Shown: positions 14,150 through 27,598, counted from the stretch's first letter. The stretch: DNA of 64,000 nucleotides from Malacoraja senta (GCA_038087875.1 CM075988.1:1612001-1676000); one strand, 5' to 3'. Translations and numbers: made by a program. The notes: a model not told the origin generated them from the sequence alone.

Positions 14150-15480
14150 TAGAGTCATAGAGTGACACAGTGTGGAAATAGGCCCTTCGGCCCAACTCAC
14201 CCGCACCGGCCAAGAATGTCCCAGCTACACTAGTCCCACTTGCCTGCGCTTGGTCCATATCGCTCCAAACCTGTCCTATCCATGTACCTGTCTAATTGTT
14301 TCTTAAACGATGGGATAGTCCCACCCTCAACTACCTCGTCTGGCAGCATGTTCCATACACCCACCAGCCTTTGTGTGAAAAAGTTACCCCTCGGATTCCT
14401 ATTAAATCTTTTCCCCTTCACCTTGAACCTATGTCCTCTGGTCCTCGATTCCTCTACTCTGGGTAAAAGACTGTACATCTACCCGATCTATTCTTCTCAT
14501 GATTTTGTACACCTCTATAAGATCTCCCCTCATCCTCTTGTGCTCCATGGAATAGAGACCCAGCCTACTCAACCTCTCCCAAAAGCTCACACCCTCTAGT
14601 CCTGGCAACATCCTCAAATCTTTTCTGAACCCTTTCAAGCTTGACAATATCTTTCCTATAACATGGTGCCCAGAACTGAACACAATATTCTAAATGCGGT
14701 CTCACCAACGTCTTATACAACAGCAACATGACCTCCCAACTTCTATACTCAATACTCTGACTGATGAAGACCAAAGTGCCAAAAGCCTTTTTGACCACCT
14801 TATTTACCTGCGACTCGATCTTAAAGAAACCATGCACCTGTACTCCTAGATCTCTACAACACTACCCAGAGGCTTACCATTTACTGTGTAGGTCCTGCCC
14901 TTGTTCGACATCCCAAAATGCAATACCTCACACTCCTTTGTATTAAATTCCATCAACCGTTCCTCCGCCCACCTGGCCAATTGTTTCAGATCCTGCTGAA
15001 ATCTTTCACAACCATCTTCACTATCTGCAAAACCACAATAAAAACAAGTTTGTATCATCAGCAAACTTGCTAATCTTGCCCAATATTTTCTCATCCAAAT
15101 CATTGATGTAGATGACAAACAATAACGGGCCCAGCACCGAACCGTGAGGCCCACCACTAGTCACAGGCGTCCAATCTGAGAAGCAACCTTCCACCATCAC
15201 CCTCAGCTTCCTTCCATGGAGCCAATTTGCTATTCATTCAGCTATCTCTTCTTGGATCCCATGCGATCTAACCTTCCAGAGCAGCCTACTATGTGGAACC
15301 TTGTCGAACGCCTTACTGAAGTCCATGTACACAACATCTACAGCTATACCCTCATCAACCTTTTTGGTCACGTCGTCAAAAAAATCAATCAGCCTTGTGA
15401 GACACGACCTCCCATGTTGACTATCCCATATCAGCCCTTGCCCATCCAAATGCCTGTATTAACTATCCCTCAGAATTTTC
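14150..15480 (-). mobile_element. CR1 family C 3' fragment
   Basis: ORFs with [36 protein letters not shown]. Confidence 0.88.
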
Positions 15481-17034
15481 CCTGCAGCCCTTCTTGAAAA
15501 GTTGGTATGTTTGGCTTCATTAGCAGAGGCAATGAGTACAAGAGGTGGGACAACATGTTGCAGTTACACCAATTGTTGGTTAGGCCAGAGTTGCAGTTCT
15601 CGTCGCCACACTACAGTAAGGATGATTAGACTAGAGAGGGTGTGTAAAAGATTCACAAGGATGTTGCCCGGGTTTGAAGGACCTGAGAAATCCGAATCAA
15701 AAAACCATGAGTATCTTTTATAGCCAGAGGGTAGTCTTTATCTAGTTTGAATAGCCAGAGGAACCCATAGAAGCGGATACAATGAAGGTTTTGAAAAGAC
15801 ATTTGGACAGATATACGGATCCAAAGGATTTAGTGAAATATGGGCCAAATGCGGGCAAATGGACAAGCCCAACATGCCTAGTTAGTCAACATGGACAAAG
15901 TGACCAGAAGGGCCTGTATCTCTCTGTACAGCTGGATGACTCCATGAAACACTCGATGTTCCGTAACATCCAGAGAAGTTCCCTGGACTTGCCTTTCACT
16001 CTCACCTCAACATGTTTGCTCTAAATTTCTACTATTTCACTTGTCAAATCCATTTATTGTATGTAAATGTACCTGTAAGTAGTTGCTCCCCGTATACTTT
16101 TACTTGTCTTATAACAATAACACTAGCCTTCCCCCAGATCAGGATGTTAAGTTGTGTACTGTTTACCCAGAACGGAACCTTTAATTGGACCATCTACATG
16201 CTGGCTCAACGCACTCTCCTGGACACCGTTTAAAAATCCCGTTACCTCACTGCCTTTTACACAAGGGTGATCCGAGTTACTATTGCGGGAGATTGAAATT
16301 CCCTTCTGTAACCTTTCTGATCGTACACCTCTCGTGATTTGCCGACATATCTACGCTTCTATCTCCCGCTAACCCAGAAAGTCATTTAAAGACCCTGCTG
16401 CAACACCGCCCCTCATTACTGCACTGATGGTTTCCTTAATTAAAATTGCAAAGCCTCCGCTTTGACTTCTTGCTCATCGCAAAACATCAGTAAGACTTTA
16501 AGATTGAGTTGCCAGTCCTGCCCTTCTGGACTTGTGTAAGGTCATGAAAATAGGTCAATGAAATAAAATAGGTCAATTCTGTTCTCAAAAAGAAATTAGA
16601 CTTTTTACTATAATGCTGGCATTCATGTATAATACTTGATGGGCAATGAAGGTTAGGATAAAAGTAAATACTGCAAATAGAAATCTGAAAGATAAACAAT
16701 GAGCAAATCAGCTGACTTCTATGGAGAAATAAAGATTTTATGTTGCTAGTCAACAACCTTTAGCCATAACTGAGTTAGAAGATAGAAGAGAGGAGAACAT
16801 TGGCTGTGGCAGGAGCTTAAGTGACAAAGATGATGTAAGGTAACAACAGATGTAAATGCAGAATCATCTTATGAAATTACCGTCTGAAAATTTAGAAGGA
16901 ATGCTGGAAGTGTCAAAAAAAACATTGGAATGCAATTTTTGAACAGTGTTGCACTTTCGAATCGCTTTATTAGAAGAGTGTAGCAAAATGAAGATTGGGA
17001 GTAAAGAATTATATCTGCAATGTTTGAACTATTA

Positions 17035-17695
17035 ACATAGAAACATGGAAACATCGAAAATAGGTGCAGGAGTAGGCCATTCGGCCCTTCGAGCCTGCAC
17101 CACCATTCAAGATGATCATGGCTGATCATCCAACTCAGTATCCTGTACCTGCCTTCTCTCCATACCCCCTGATCCATTTAGCCACAAGGGCCACATCTAA
17201 CCCCCTCTTAAATATAGCCAATGAACTGGCCTCAACTACCTTCTGTGGCAGAGAATTCCAGAGATTCACCACACTCTGTGTGAAAAATGTTTTTCTCATC
17301 TCGGTCCTAAAAGATTTCCCCTTTATCCTTAAACTGTGACCCCTTGTGCTGGACTTCCCCAACATCGGGAACAATCTTCCTGCATCTAGCCTGTCCAACC
17401 CCTTAAGAATTTTGTAAGTTTCTATAAGATCCCCCCTCAATCTTCTAAATTCTAGCGAGTACAAGCCGAGTCTATCCAGTCTTTCTTCATATGAAAGTCC
17501 TGACATCCCAGGAATCAGTCTGGTGAACCTTCTCTGTACTTCCTCTATGGCAAGAATGTCTTTCCTCAGATTTGGAGACCAAAACTGTACGCAATACTCC
17601 AGGTGTGGTCTCACCAAGACCCTGTACAACTGCAGTAGAACCTCCCTGCTCCTATACTCAATCCTTTTGCTATGAATGCTAACATACCATTCGCA
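17035..17695 (-). mobile_element. CR1 family A 3' fragment
   Basis: ORF 17135-17764 ending GYGEKAGTGY; AGAAACAT tail. Confidence 0.9.
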
Positions 17696-18319
17696 CTGGG
17701 AATAAAGATAAAGGACACTAGAGTGAATGCAGAGGTCACGTTGGGAGTAAGATGAAGAATTCATTTGAAGGGAAACTGGAAGCTGAGGTTATGTTTGCAG
17801 ACTGAGTAGTCAGTGTGTCAGTCATCCAGTCTGGGTTTGATGTACTGTTTCTCTCCTCTACTACAATCAGTTTGAAGAAGGGTCCCGACCCATTGTCCTA
17901 TCTGTGTCCTCCAGAGATGCTGTCTGACCCACTGAGTTAATGAAGCATTTTGTATCTGTAACCCAGTGTCACCTTGTCCCTTGTGTTATCTCCTGAGCTT
18001 TATCTTAACAATAAATATTCCCAGCACCTCACATTTCTTTCAGCGTGGATGTCTTCAGTTTTCAATGCATCAATAACAAGCCTTGTCTACTCCATTCAAT
18101 GTTCCCGATGTGGCCTCCTGTACATCTGAGACCAAGCGTAGACTAGGCGACATTTCACACTCTGCAAGGCCTGCTGGTGTGTGACCCTCTTCTGGCTATT
18201 TGATGGCCTTACTGTACTTCATGCAGAGTATATCAGATTGTTAGACCTGCACACTGATTCCTCAGGAAGGGGCCTGTCAGAAGGCTGCAATTTATTATCA
18301 TGTTTGTTCTGTTTTACAG

Positions 18320-18430
18320 GTAAATCATTTGTCAAAAAGACACCCAGATATCAGGATAGATGATGTGCCAGAGCTAACATTGCCTATCATTAAACCAAAC
18401 AGGGACTACTACTGCCAATACTGTGACAAG
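18320..18430 (+). CDS. PRDM10: PRDM10 coding exon
   Basis: ttttacAG acceptor, GTaagg donor; 111 nt: [37 protein letters not shown]. Confidence 0.95.
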
Positions 18431-18644
18431 GTAAGGACTGGGTGAGGACAGGACAAGTATGGCTGCTGTGTGTGCTGTGACCAAGGGTGGAGTTGTGGAG
18501 CAATCAGTGACATGAGTATACTTGTAGGTACCTTCACTGTGGCTGTCTGTTAACATTGGGGGGAATCTTCATGGAGGGGCCGAATAATGGAAGCAGAATG
18601 TTCTGAGGATGTCAGTGGGATCTGGATATGTGGATGCACAAATG

Positions 18645-18950
18645 GGGCGGCATGGTGGTGCAGCGGTGGAGTTGCTGCCTTACAGTGCTTTCAGCGCCGG
18701 AGACCTGGGTTTGGTGCTGTCTGTACGTCGTTGGTACATTCTCCCCATGGCCTGCATGGGTTTACTCAGGGATCTCCAGATTCCTCCCACACTCCAAAGA
18801 TATCCACACTACAAGTAGGCTAATTGGCTTGTTAGAAAAGTGAAAAAGATTTGTTCCTAGGGTGTGTAGGATAGTGTTCATGTGCGGGGATCGCTGGTCG
18901 GGCCGGACTCGGTAAACAAAAGGGCCTGTTTCCGCACTGTATCTCTGTAT
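18645..18950 (+). mobile_element. tRNA-derived SINE (HE1/V-SINE-like), diverged copy
   Basis: Similar to the copies at 24491 and 27298. Confidence 0.75.
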
Positions 18951-19254
18951 CCTGAAGGGTGGCAGGTGAGCCTAAAGGGAGTTGAGGAAGTTATTAGATA
19001 ACTGGCTCCATTGACAGGGCCATTGAATGAAGAAGCAAGGAAGGCCCTTTGAACATTTAGGAATCAAAGCTTTAATCTGGAGTATTGCAACGGTACTGGG
19101 TCTGACTTGTCAGGATCTTGGAGTAGATTTGGAGGAAGTAATGAATAGGGAAAGGTGCATCAGTGGTGGATGGTTCAACTCTTCACGCATGCTCCACCAT
19201 TTATTAATTCCACTTTCCCATATTCTTCCCTCCGCATTCCTAACTCTTACCAAT

Positions 19255-19810
19255 TCTATAAGGACTGGTCAGACCACATTTGGAGTATTGTGAGCAGTTT
19301 TGGGCTTCATATCTGAGGAAGGATGTGCTGGCGTTGGAGAGTGTCCAGTGGAGGTTTACGAGAATTATCTCTGGGATGATTGGGTTAACATATGAAGAGC
19401 ATTTGATGGCACTGGGCTTGTACTCTCTGGAGTTTAGGATGAGGGGGCACGTCATTGAAACTTTCCGAATAATGAAAGGCCTGGATAGAGTGGATATCGA
19501 GAGGATGTTTCCACTCGTGGAAGAGTCTAAGACCAGAGGCAATAGCTTCAGAATAAAAGGACGTCCCTTTAGGAAGGAGATGAGGAGGAATTTTGTTAGT
19601 CAGAGGGTGGTGAATCTGTGGAATTGCTACAGACTGCTGTGGAGGCCAAGTCAATGGGTACAGTGGAGATTGACAGATTCTTGATTAGTAAGGGTGTCAG
19701 AGGTTATGGGGAGAAGAATGGGGCTGAGAGGGAAAGATGGATCAGCCATGATTGAATGGCAGAGCAGATGATGGGACGAACGGCCTAATTTTGCTCCTAC
19801 GACTTATGAA
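19255..19810 (+). mobile_element. CR1 3' fragment
   Basis: ORF 19280-19684 EYCEQFWASYLRKDV...SQRVVNLWN. Confidence 0.85.
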
Positions 19811-20349
19811 ATTTGGGTTTTTAATATAGTCAACAACTGAACATGTAGTCAATGGGAAGTAAAAAAGTTAAACAATTCTGTGTTTCTTTGTTAGAATGTT
19901 TCTCTTGATCTTTTTTCAATTATTAAAAGACAGTGGTTTATAGTTCTAGACCCTCCAGCCAAGGGAAGCAATATCTCAGCATCTGGTCGTGTCTCCTTAA
20001 GAATGTTATATATTTCAGTGGAATCTCTTCCTATTCTGTGAAGGAGTAGCCTGGTCTGATCTAATTGGACAGCTCCTCACTGCGTCACTTCCTCCTCCTC
20101 CATCTTCCCCTCAAGTCAGTATCCAGATACTGTAGTCAGCACAATCACTCTAGTCATGAACAGTTACTTTAGTCTGCACGATTACTCTAGTCAGTAACAA
20201 TGACTGTAGTCAGCATGGGGTCCTGCTCACTCATCTCCCACCTATTTAACAATGAACCTGGGTTTCATTGTTGGGTTTAGCTGTGTGTTATGTTATGTTG
20301 TGAATATTTTGGTCGTACCTGGGGCATTGATGTATAATTTGTGCAATAG

Positions 20350-20550
20350 GTGTACAAGAGTGCCAGCAAGCGGAAAGCCCACATCTTGAAGAACCACCCT
20401 GGGGCAGAGCTGCCCCCAAGTATTCGCAAGCTGCGTCCGGCAGCTCCAGGGGAGCCAGACCCGATGCTGAGCACACACACACAACTGAAGGGCACCATCG
20501 CCACGCTGCCCGTCTGCTGTCCACACTGCTGCAAACAGTACAGCAGTAAG
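20350..20550 (+). CDS. PRDM10: PRDM10 coding exon
   Basis: aatAG acceptor, GTgagt donor; 201 nt: [30 protein letters not shown]...[12 protein letters not shown]. Confidence 0.96.
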
Positions 20551-20667
20551 GTGAGTGCTGTCATTCAACCAGCTCTCACCATGGCACTGCATGGGGAGGC
20601 ACCAATTCACTGCTCGAAATGACCCCTCAGATAGTAGCCTGATGCATCTTTTCAAAGAGAGGCAGAT

Positions 20668-21000
20668 CATAGAAACATAGAAAATAGGTGCAGGAGTAGA
20701 CCATTCGGCCCTTCGAGCCATCACCGCCATTCAATACAATCATGGCTGATCATCCAAAATCAGTACCCCATTCCTGCTTTCTCCCCATATCCCTTGATTC
20801 CGTTAGCTAAATCTAACTCTCTCTTCCAAAAATCCAGCGAATTGGCTTCCACTGCCTTCTGTGGCAGAGAATTCCACTGATTCACAACTCTCTGGCTGAT
20901 AAAGTTTTTCCTCGTCTCAGTCCTAAATGGCCTACCTCTTATTCTTAAACTAGGACCCCTGTTTCTGGACTCCCCCAACATCAGGAACTTTTTTCCTGCA
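20668..21000 (-). mobile_element. CR1 family A-like 3' fragment
   Basis: ORF 20760-20981 (SQRVVNQWNSLPQKAVEA) and AGAAACAT tail. Confidence 0.85.
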
Positions 21001-21714
21001 CAGATCAGTCCAGAGGATGCCTTGACTCTGATAGCAACTGTTTATCACGTGGCAGTGTGAGCAAAGTAAGACAAGCTGGTTAGATACATTATTAACCCAT
21101 TAATATTACTTCAAATTAAGCATTCCCTGAGGGGTGGAGGTGAGGAAGTAATCCGGAGCTAGAACTTTGAAGAATGAAAGGCATTGAAATTAAAATGAAG
21201 CAATAGAGGAGTACTATCAATGGCAAAACGTTCGGATACAAAACATAAACAATGGCAAGGAAAAACGATAATACAAATAATGTCTGAATGATTTGCAAAG
21301 TCCATAAAAGAGAATGTTAAGTTAGTTTATGAATGTTAAGTTAGTTTATGAAAAAAAAAAACGCTAAGTTTCTCTAACATTTTTATCTACCTTATGAAAT
21401 ATGTATATAAGATTACATGGGATTTTTAAAATAATTTGTTAATGTCACCGCATTGCTGATTACTCTTCAGAGAAGAATCTGAAGAAGGGTCTTGACACGA
21501 AACATCACCCATTCCTTCTCTCTAGAGATGCTGCCTGTCCCGCTGAGTTACTCCAGGGTTATGTGTCTACGGTTTAAACCAGCATCTGCAGATCCTTCTT
21601 ACACACTCTTCAGAGAGTGGTGGTAAGAAGCTTTGTTAAATTGCTGCAGTCCCTCTGAATGTACTCACACCATGTTGTTGGGTACAGAATTCCAGCATTT
21701 GGAACAGCAATGTA

Positions 21715-22560
21715 TTCCCAAGGGGAGAGGTGTACCGATATACTGTGGAGAAACTTGGTTTGCATGTAATGCTGGCAAATCATACCATGCATAACTACAT
21801 CAAGGTACTTGTGGAAGAGAGAAGAATAACAGAGTGCAGAAGATGGCAATACAGTTGCAGAGAAAGTGCAGATTATTTTTAAAAGTGGAAGTGCAGCAAC
21901 AAGGTAGATTAGAAGATCAGGGATTCATCCTTAGCATATGAGAGGTCTGTTCAATAGACTGATAACAGCAGGAAAGAAACTCTTCTTGAATCTTGTGGTA
22001 CATGGTTTCAAGCTTTTGTGACTTCTGCTCAATGGGAGACGGGAGAAGACGGAATGACCTGGCTGTGAATGGTCCTTGATTATGTTAGCTGTTTTACTGT
22101 GGTGGCGTGAAGTGTCGATGGAGTCTGGTCCGTATGAGGGACTGGGCTACATCCACAACTTGCTGCAATTTCTTTTAGTCTTGGACAGTGCTTTTGTACT
22201 CTCAAGCTGTGATGCATCCTGATAGGATGCTTTCTGCAGTGCATCTGTAGAAGTTGGTAATGTGACCATTGTGTGAATGTGGTTGTACCAGGTCAACTTG
22301 TTGGTGATATTTACACTTTGAACTTGAAGCTCTTGACCATAGCTTGTCATCACCAGAGGTACAGACTGTTTCCTGAAGTCAATGAAAGCTTCTTTGTTTT
22401 GTTGATGCTGGGGCAGAATATGTTTTTCCTGACACTATGCTACTATGCTCTTTCTCCTTTCTGTATCCCCACTCATCTTTGTTTATGATCCAGCCCACTA
22501 TGGCGGTGTCATCTCCAAACGTGTAAATGGGGTTAGAGTGTGAGGTAATGTCTTTGTGTG
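21715..22560 (-). mobile_element. Rex1/Babar-like LINE fragment
   Basis: ORF 22379-22639 SNPIYTFGDDTAIVGWI (FADDT motif of this clade); similar to 7326-7675. Confidence 0.65.
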
Positions 22561-23223
22561 TGCTACAATAAGCAAGGAAACCACAACATATGATAGGATA
22601 CTGAGAGGCGTGAGGAAACTGGGGGACCTTGCAGTTCACTGATCCTTAATGACAGCTGGCCAGGTGAGTATAGCATAAAGTGTCAATATTAACCCGTGCA
22701 TTTTACAGTATGTCCATAATTTAAGATGGAACATCCAGATCCCCGTGATTCAATAGTCCCGGCTCGCAACAATTGGAGTTCAAGTTGTGTCACCGACACC
22801 TGCAATGTTTTCTTTTGCATTTTTCTTTTATTCCTCCTATATAAAATGAACTTGCATTTGTACAGAGACCGTATTATCAGGATATCAGAGCCCAAGAACC
22901 AGTTTTAAATGTTGTAGAGGAATATGCCTGACTGTTGTGCATGCCAAGGTCCCACAGATATCAGAAGTGTCCAGCTGGTTGGTTTGGGAGGTAGATTGGA
23001 CTCGGACATCATGGGGAACACATCTGTCCAAATAGCATGGCAGCTTAACGTTCAGACAAAACTTCCAGTAATGTCTGCTCGAAAATCCACAATTTGCAAG
23101 AGGGGGCATGAGGCAATGTAGGAATGTATGCACCACTGTTGTCACAGGAGCTGATAGAGTACTCGCGCGTTATAGTGAGGAATGGGTCACTTCTCAGAAT
23201 AAATGTGGCTGTTCTCTCACCAG

Positions 23224-23385
23224 GCAAAAATGGTGCAACATATCCGGAAAAAACACACGGATGTTCTGCAGGATAATCCAAACGCACTGCAGGCGCTGCC
23301 AGCACAAACACCCATCGTAGCCACTGTCATCAGCGCGGCCCCCACCGTGGTCAGCACAGATGGCACCACTGGAGATGCAATTGTG
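23224..23385 (+). CDS. PRDM10: PRDM10 coding exon
   Basis: ctcaccAG acceptor, GTgagt donor; 162 nt: AKMVQHIRKKH...VISAAPTVVSTDGTTGDAIV. Confidence 0.93.
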
Positions 23386-24230
23386 GTGAGTACTCAGTGA
23401 TAGGAAGCTGGGGTGAAGCAGCCAGTGTCCTAGAGAGGCCAGGAGACAGGAGAGAGAGAGAGAGAGAAAGAGGCACAGTGAGAGACTGAGCCTGTTAGGG
23501 AAATAGAGATATCCTGGGGCGGAAATGCTGACATCCTTCACCAACAATACCCTCCATGTCCTTTCCTCACACAGGTTCCCCACTTAGCATTATTGAGCGG
23601 AGCTCTTGATCCCACAGCCCATCTTCACAGGTTCACATCCCCGGTAGTTCAGAGGGGACATGCTGCGTGGTCAGTGAGAGATGAGATCAGAGGTCTGGTG
23701 AGAAAGGAGACTGACGCAGAAAATCAGGATGTAGAATCTGCATCTGCAGCTAAGAATCGTCAGAAGACAGAAAGCTCCAGGCGTCCAAACTGTTGTGATA
23801 ATGTAGGGGATAGCATCAAACAGGAAATCAGAGGGTTATCTAACCAAGATAATACAGTAACCACTGGGGACGTATCTGTAAAGACTGGTCCAGTCACTAA
23901 TACCATGGTTGTAGGTCCATGGAGGGTGTGCTGGGATCCTGGCACTTTGACTGCCCTCTGATCCCCTGCAGTAATGTGGTGGTGATCTCACCGCTCTCTG
24001 TGGAGTGAACCACCTTGGCCCGGTGTAATGCAGGTGGTCTGTTGGTGTCTGGAGCAGCGACTGCTTGCAGGTGTGTGATGTTGAACTACCCCCTGCACCA
24101 CTGATACCATTCATGCTCTGACTGCTGGGGACAGACTGAATGCTGTGTGTACGGTTGTGCTGCTGTTTCCTGCATCATTTGTACATCGGTGCTGAGCTGC
24201 AAGTCTCACATCTTTTCACCTTTCACACAG

Positions 24231-24407
24231 ACAACGGATCTGCTGACTCAGGCAATGAGTGAGCTGTCGCAAACACTAACGACGGACTATCGGCCGGCTC
24301 AGGGAGATTATCAGCGTGTGCAGTACATTCCTGTCTCGCAACACATCCAACCAGTTCAGGGACAGCAGTCTCAGCACATCCAGCTCCAGGTGGTACAAGT
24401 GGCACAG
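24231..24407 (+). CDS. PRDM10: PRDM10 coding exon
   Basis: ttcacacAG acceptor, GTgggt donor; 177 nt: [37 protein letters not shown]...[10 protein letters not shown]. Confidence 0.95.
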
Positions 24408-24490
24408 GTGGGTCACGTATTTTTATATCAAAGTAAACAGGAGAACAAAACTCCGCACTAAAGACTAGGTTCTGCACTCCGGACAAAACT

Positions 24491-24778
24491 GCGGCACGGT
24501 GGCGCAGAGGTAGAGCTGCTGCCTCACAGCGCCAAAGACCCGGGTTGGATCCTGACTATGGTTGCTATCTGTACGGAGTTTGTACGTTCTCCCCGTGACC
24601 TGCGTGGGTTTTCTCCGGGTGCTCTGGTTTCCTCCCACATTCCAAAGACGTACAGGTTTGTAGGCTCATTGGCTTCTGTAAATTGTTCCTAGTGTGTAGG
24701 ATAGCGTTAATGTGTGGAGATCTCTGGTCATCGTGAACTCAATGGGTCGAATGTATCTCTAAACTAAGCTTAACTAAA
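24491..24778 (+). mobile_element. tRNA-derived SINE (HE1/V-SINE-like)
   Basis: A-box TGGCGCAGAGG, B-box-like GGTTGGATCC, central ggagtttgtacgttctccccgtgac..ggtttcctcccaca domain, (CTAAA)n-like tail; multiple copies in the window. Confidence 0.85.
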
Positions 24779-25209
24779 TCGGAGCTCTGAAAATATACGG
24801 GTTATTCTGTCAGATTCAAACGGTGTGGAGCTGGAACCATCATCCTGTGCATGTTGTGGAATGGTGGCAGGTTTTAATCACCTGTGCACTGGTATCAAGT
24901 TGTAGAGTTGTACAGAAACGGGATCTTCCACCCACCACATCCATCCAATGTCTTTGCCTATCTACATGAATCTAATTTGTTCACATTGAGTCTGTAACCT
25001 TCTATCCCGTGCCTATTTATGTCTGTTAAGTATAGTGAGTACATTTGACTCCACTACCACCTCTGGCAGTGAGTTCCCGATATCAACCATTCTGTGTCAA
25101 AAACATACCCCTCGATTCCGCTTTAAAACTCATTCCTTTCACCTTAAACCTGAGTTGATGTGAGTTGAACTCACAACCTCAGGCTTGAGAGCTCCTATGT
25201 GGAGTATTT

Positions 25210-25470
25210 TGGGGCGGCACAGCTGCCTAGCAGCTCCGGAGACTTGAGTTTGATCCTGACCTCTGGTGCTGTCTGTGTGGAGTTTTGCACGTTCTCCCTG
25301 TGACCATGTAGGTTTTATCCGGGTGCTGCGGTTTGCTCCATGCAGGTTTATGGGTTAATTGCCCCGAGTATGCAGGGAATGGTTGAAAGTAGGATAATGT
25401 AGAACTAGTGGTCGGCATAGACTTGGTGGGTCGAAGGGCCCATTTCCACGCCGTAACTCTAAATTAAATG
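25210..25470 (+). mobile_element. tRNA-derived SINE, diverged copy
   Basis: Similar to the 24491 copy. Confidence 0.7.
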
Positions 25471-26743
25471 AAAACTACTGTATTTGGCAGTGAGCAAGTT
25501 CTGAATCTTGGATGTGGATTTCCATGACCTTGGTAAACTTGCCACATGAAGGGAAATGTCTTTTGCAGCAATACGTGCCAGGCAGTAACTGCAGGAGCCT
25601 CGCCACACGCAGCTTCCTGTTGATCCCTCTTTTACAGCTCATCTCAGGGCAACCTTCAGAATGATGAACTGTACATCACTGTGCCGTCACGGAATGAGCA
25701 GTGTTCTTTACATTTCCTACTCCTGTGACCAATTATACCAGGAAATAGGCATCAAAAACAGGGAAAGTGAGAAATGAAACCAATTGCAGAGAAGGTGGAG
25801 TGGAGGGAGGGAGGAGCAGAGTCGATGACAATAGTCTCATGACAGAGTTGAGACTGTGACGTTTTAGTGGTGTTACAGCTGGCAGTGGGCAGTTGACGTA
25901 TGCGTGGAGGTGCTTGCACTATATACTCTTATCATTGCTTATGGTGTGGTGGTCACTGTTGGGGGGAAAATATCGATGGAGTGGCTGTTTTGTGAAACCT
26001 GTTCAGTTCACAAGTGAGCCAGCCAGTTTAATTCTCCAGCCCACACTGACCTCTGTTCCTTTGGCCTCCGAGTCTACTCCCCATAGGATGGTGTGTTGTT
26101 CCTCAGGCTCTTGACTGCAAGTTGCAGCCTTGTACCTCAGCGATAAATCCCATGGTTGTAGTTCTTGCTAATTTGGATCTTTTTCTAATGTTGTGGATAT
26201 TTTGGATTTCATGGGTAACCTGCGCTTCACACCTCCGTCAGAGATCCCATTTATTATAGTCAGTGGGGCAGTTGTTACTCAGGCAGACTGAGAGGTTCTC
26301 GAAGAGTCGCGACCCAAAACGTCACCTATTCTTTCTCTCCAGAGATGCTGCCTGACTCGCTGAGTTTCTCCAGCATTTTGTGTTTATCTTTGGTGTAAAG
26401 CAGTATCTGCAGTTCCTTCCTACACAAGTTGCTACTCGGGTGATGGGGTTCAATGGAGGATAGGAGACCGCACTGAGTGAAGTTCCTGACCACATTACTG
26501 CCAAGTGAGTGCTGCTAAAGATTGCAGTGTCAGGATTTAGCTCTTAATCTGGTCTAATACTACACCCTGAGTACAAATATCAAGGCAGAAGTGAGAGCGG
26601 GACTAGAATAGGTCAGTATCTTTCTAAACATATGTCAGAAGATGGGTTGAATAAAAAGGTACTGTATTTCGCCTGGTGATGGCGTGCTGTGCTGCAGTGC
26701 TGCTGATGTGGTTCACACCTCCTCCCGTACTCTCTGATTGCAG

Positions 26744-26884
26744 GCGCCCTCTCACCAGAATCAGCATTCCACGGTGGATGTCAGCCAGCTGCACGACCCC
26801 CACGGTTTTGCACAACATGCCATCCAGGTCCAGCATGTCCAGGTTACTGAGCAGTCCAGCACCATGCCCACCTCTGCTGCCCAG
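26744..26884 (+). CDS. PRDM10: PRDM10 coding exon (Q-rich region)
   Basis: ttgcAG acceptor, GTaact donor; 141 nt: APSHQNQHSTVDVSQLHDPHGFAQHAIQVQHVQVTEQSSTMPTSAAQ. Confidence 0.92.
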
Positions 26885-27297
26885 GTAACTGATCACACCA
26901 TGCAAGGCGTCTGACTCTCCACCTAGCCTCAATATGCCTCGTCTGTCCAGCCGTTTGTCCTCTGCAGAGTGTCCACAGTATATCACAGCACACTCATCCC
27001 AAGCCTGTCTCTGGGAAATCTCCTGAATGATCTGATTTGGGAGTGTCACTCCCATAAGATCTATTGTATTCCTGTTCTCAAAGTTTCATTTAGTTAAAGG
27101 AAGGATAGGACAGGCAGCTCAGTGTTCAGGGGGTATAAATGTTTTGAACAAAAGAGGAGTCTAGTACTGCTGATCATCATGGCAGAACTGGCGCAGGAAA
27201 GCCTGGAGGAACCATCAGTGAGGCTTTATGCTTTATATTTACAAAGAAAAGGGCTCATTTTAAACAGTTATACCAGTAGTCAGTAGCAATTAGAAGT

Positions 27298-27598
27298 GGG
27301 TGGCACGGTGGCGCAGCGGTAGAGTTGCTGCCATACAGCGAATGCAGCGCCGGAGACCCAGGGTCGATCCTGACTACGGGTGCTGTCTGTACGGAGTTTT
27401 ATGTTCTCCCCGTGACCTGCGTGGGTTTTCTCCGAGATCTTCGGTTTCCTCCCACACTTCAAAGACGTACAGGTTTGTAGGTTAATTGGCTTGGTAAATG
27501 TAAAAATTGTCCCTAGTGTGTTAATATGTGGGGATCGCTGGTCGGCGCAGACCCGGTGGGTCAAAGGGCCTGTTTCCGCGCTGTATCTCTAAACTAAA
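27298..27598 (+). mobile_element. tRNA-derived SINE (HE1/V-SINE-like)
   Basis: TGGCGCAGCGG A box, GGTCGATCC B box; 3' end gggcctgtttccgcgctgtatctctaaactaaa resembles the CR1 3' end at about 7270-7300. Confidence 0.87.

Noticed and set aside
24491..24570. tRNA gene
   Set aside because: The A/B boxes are the head of a multi-copy SINE; no complete cloverleaf evident.
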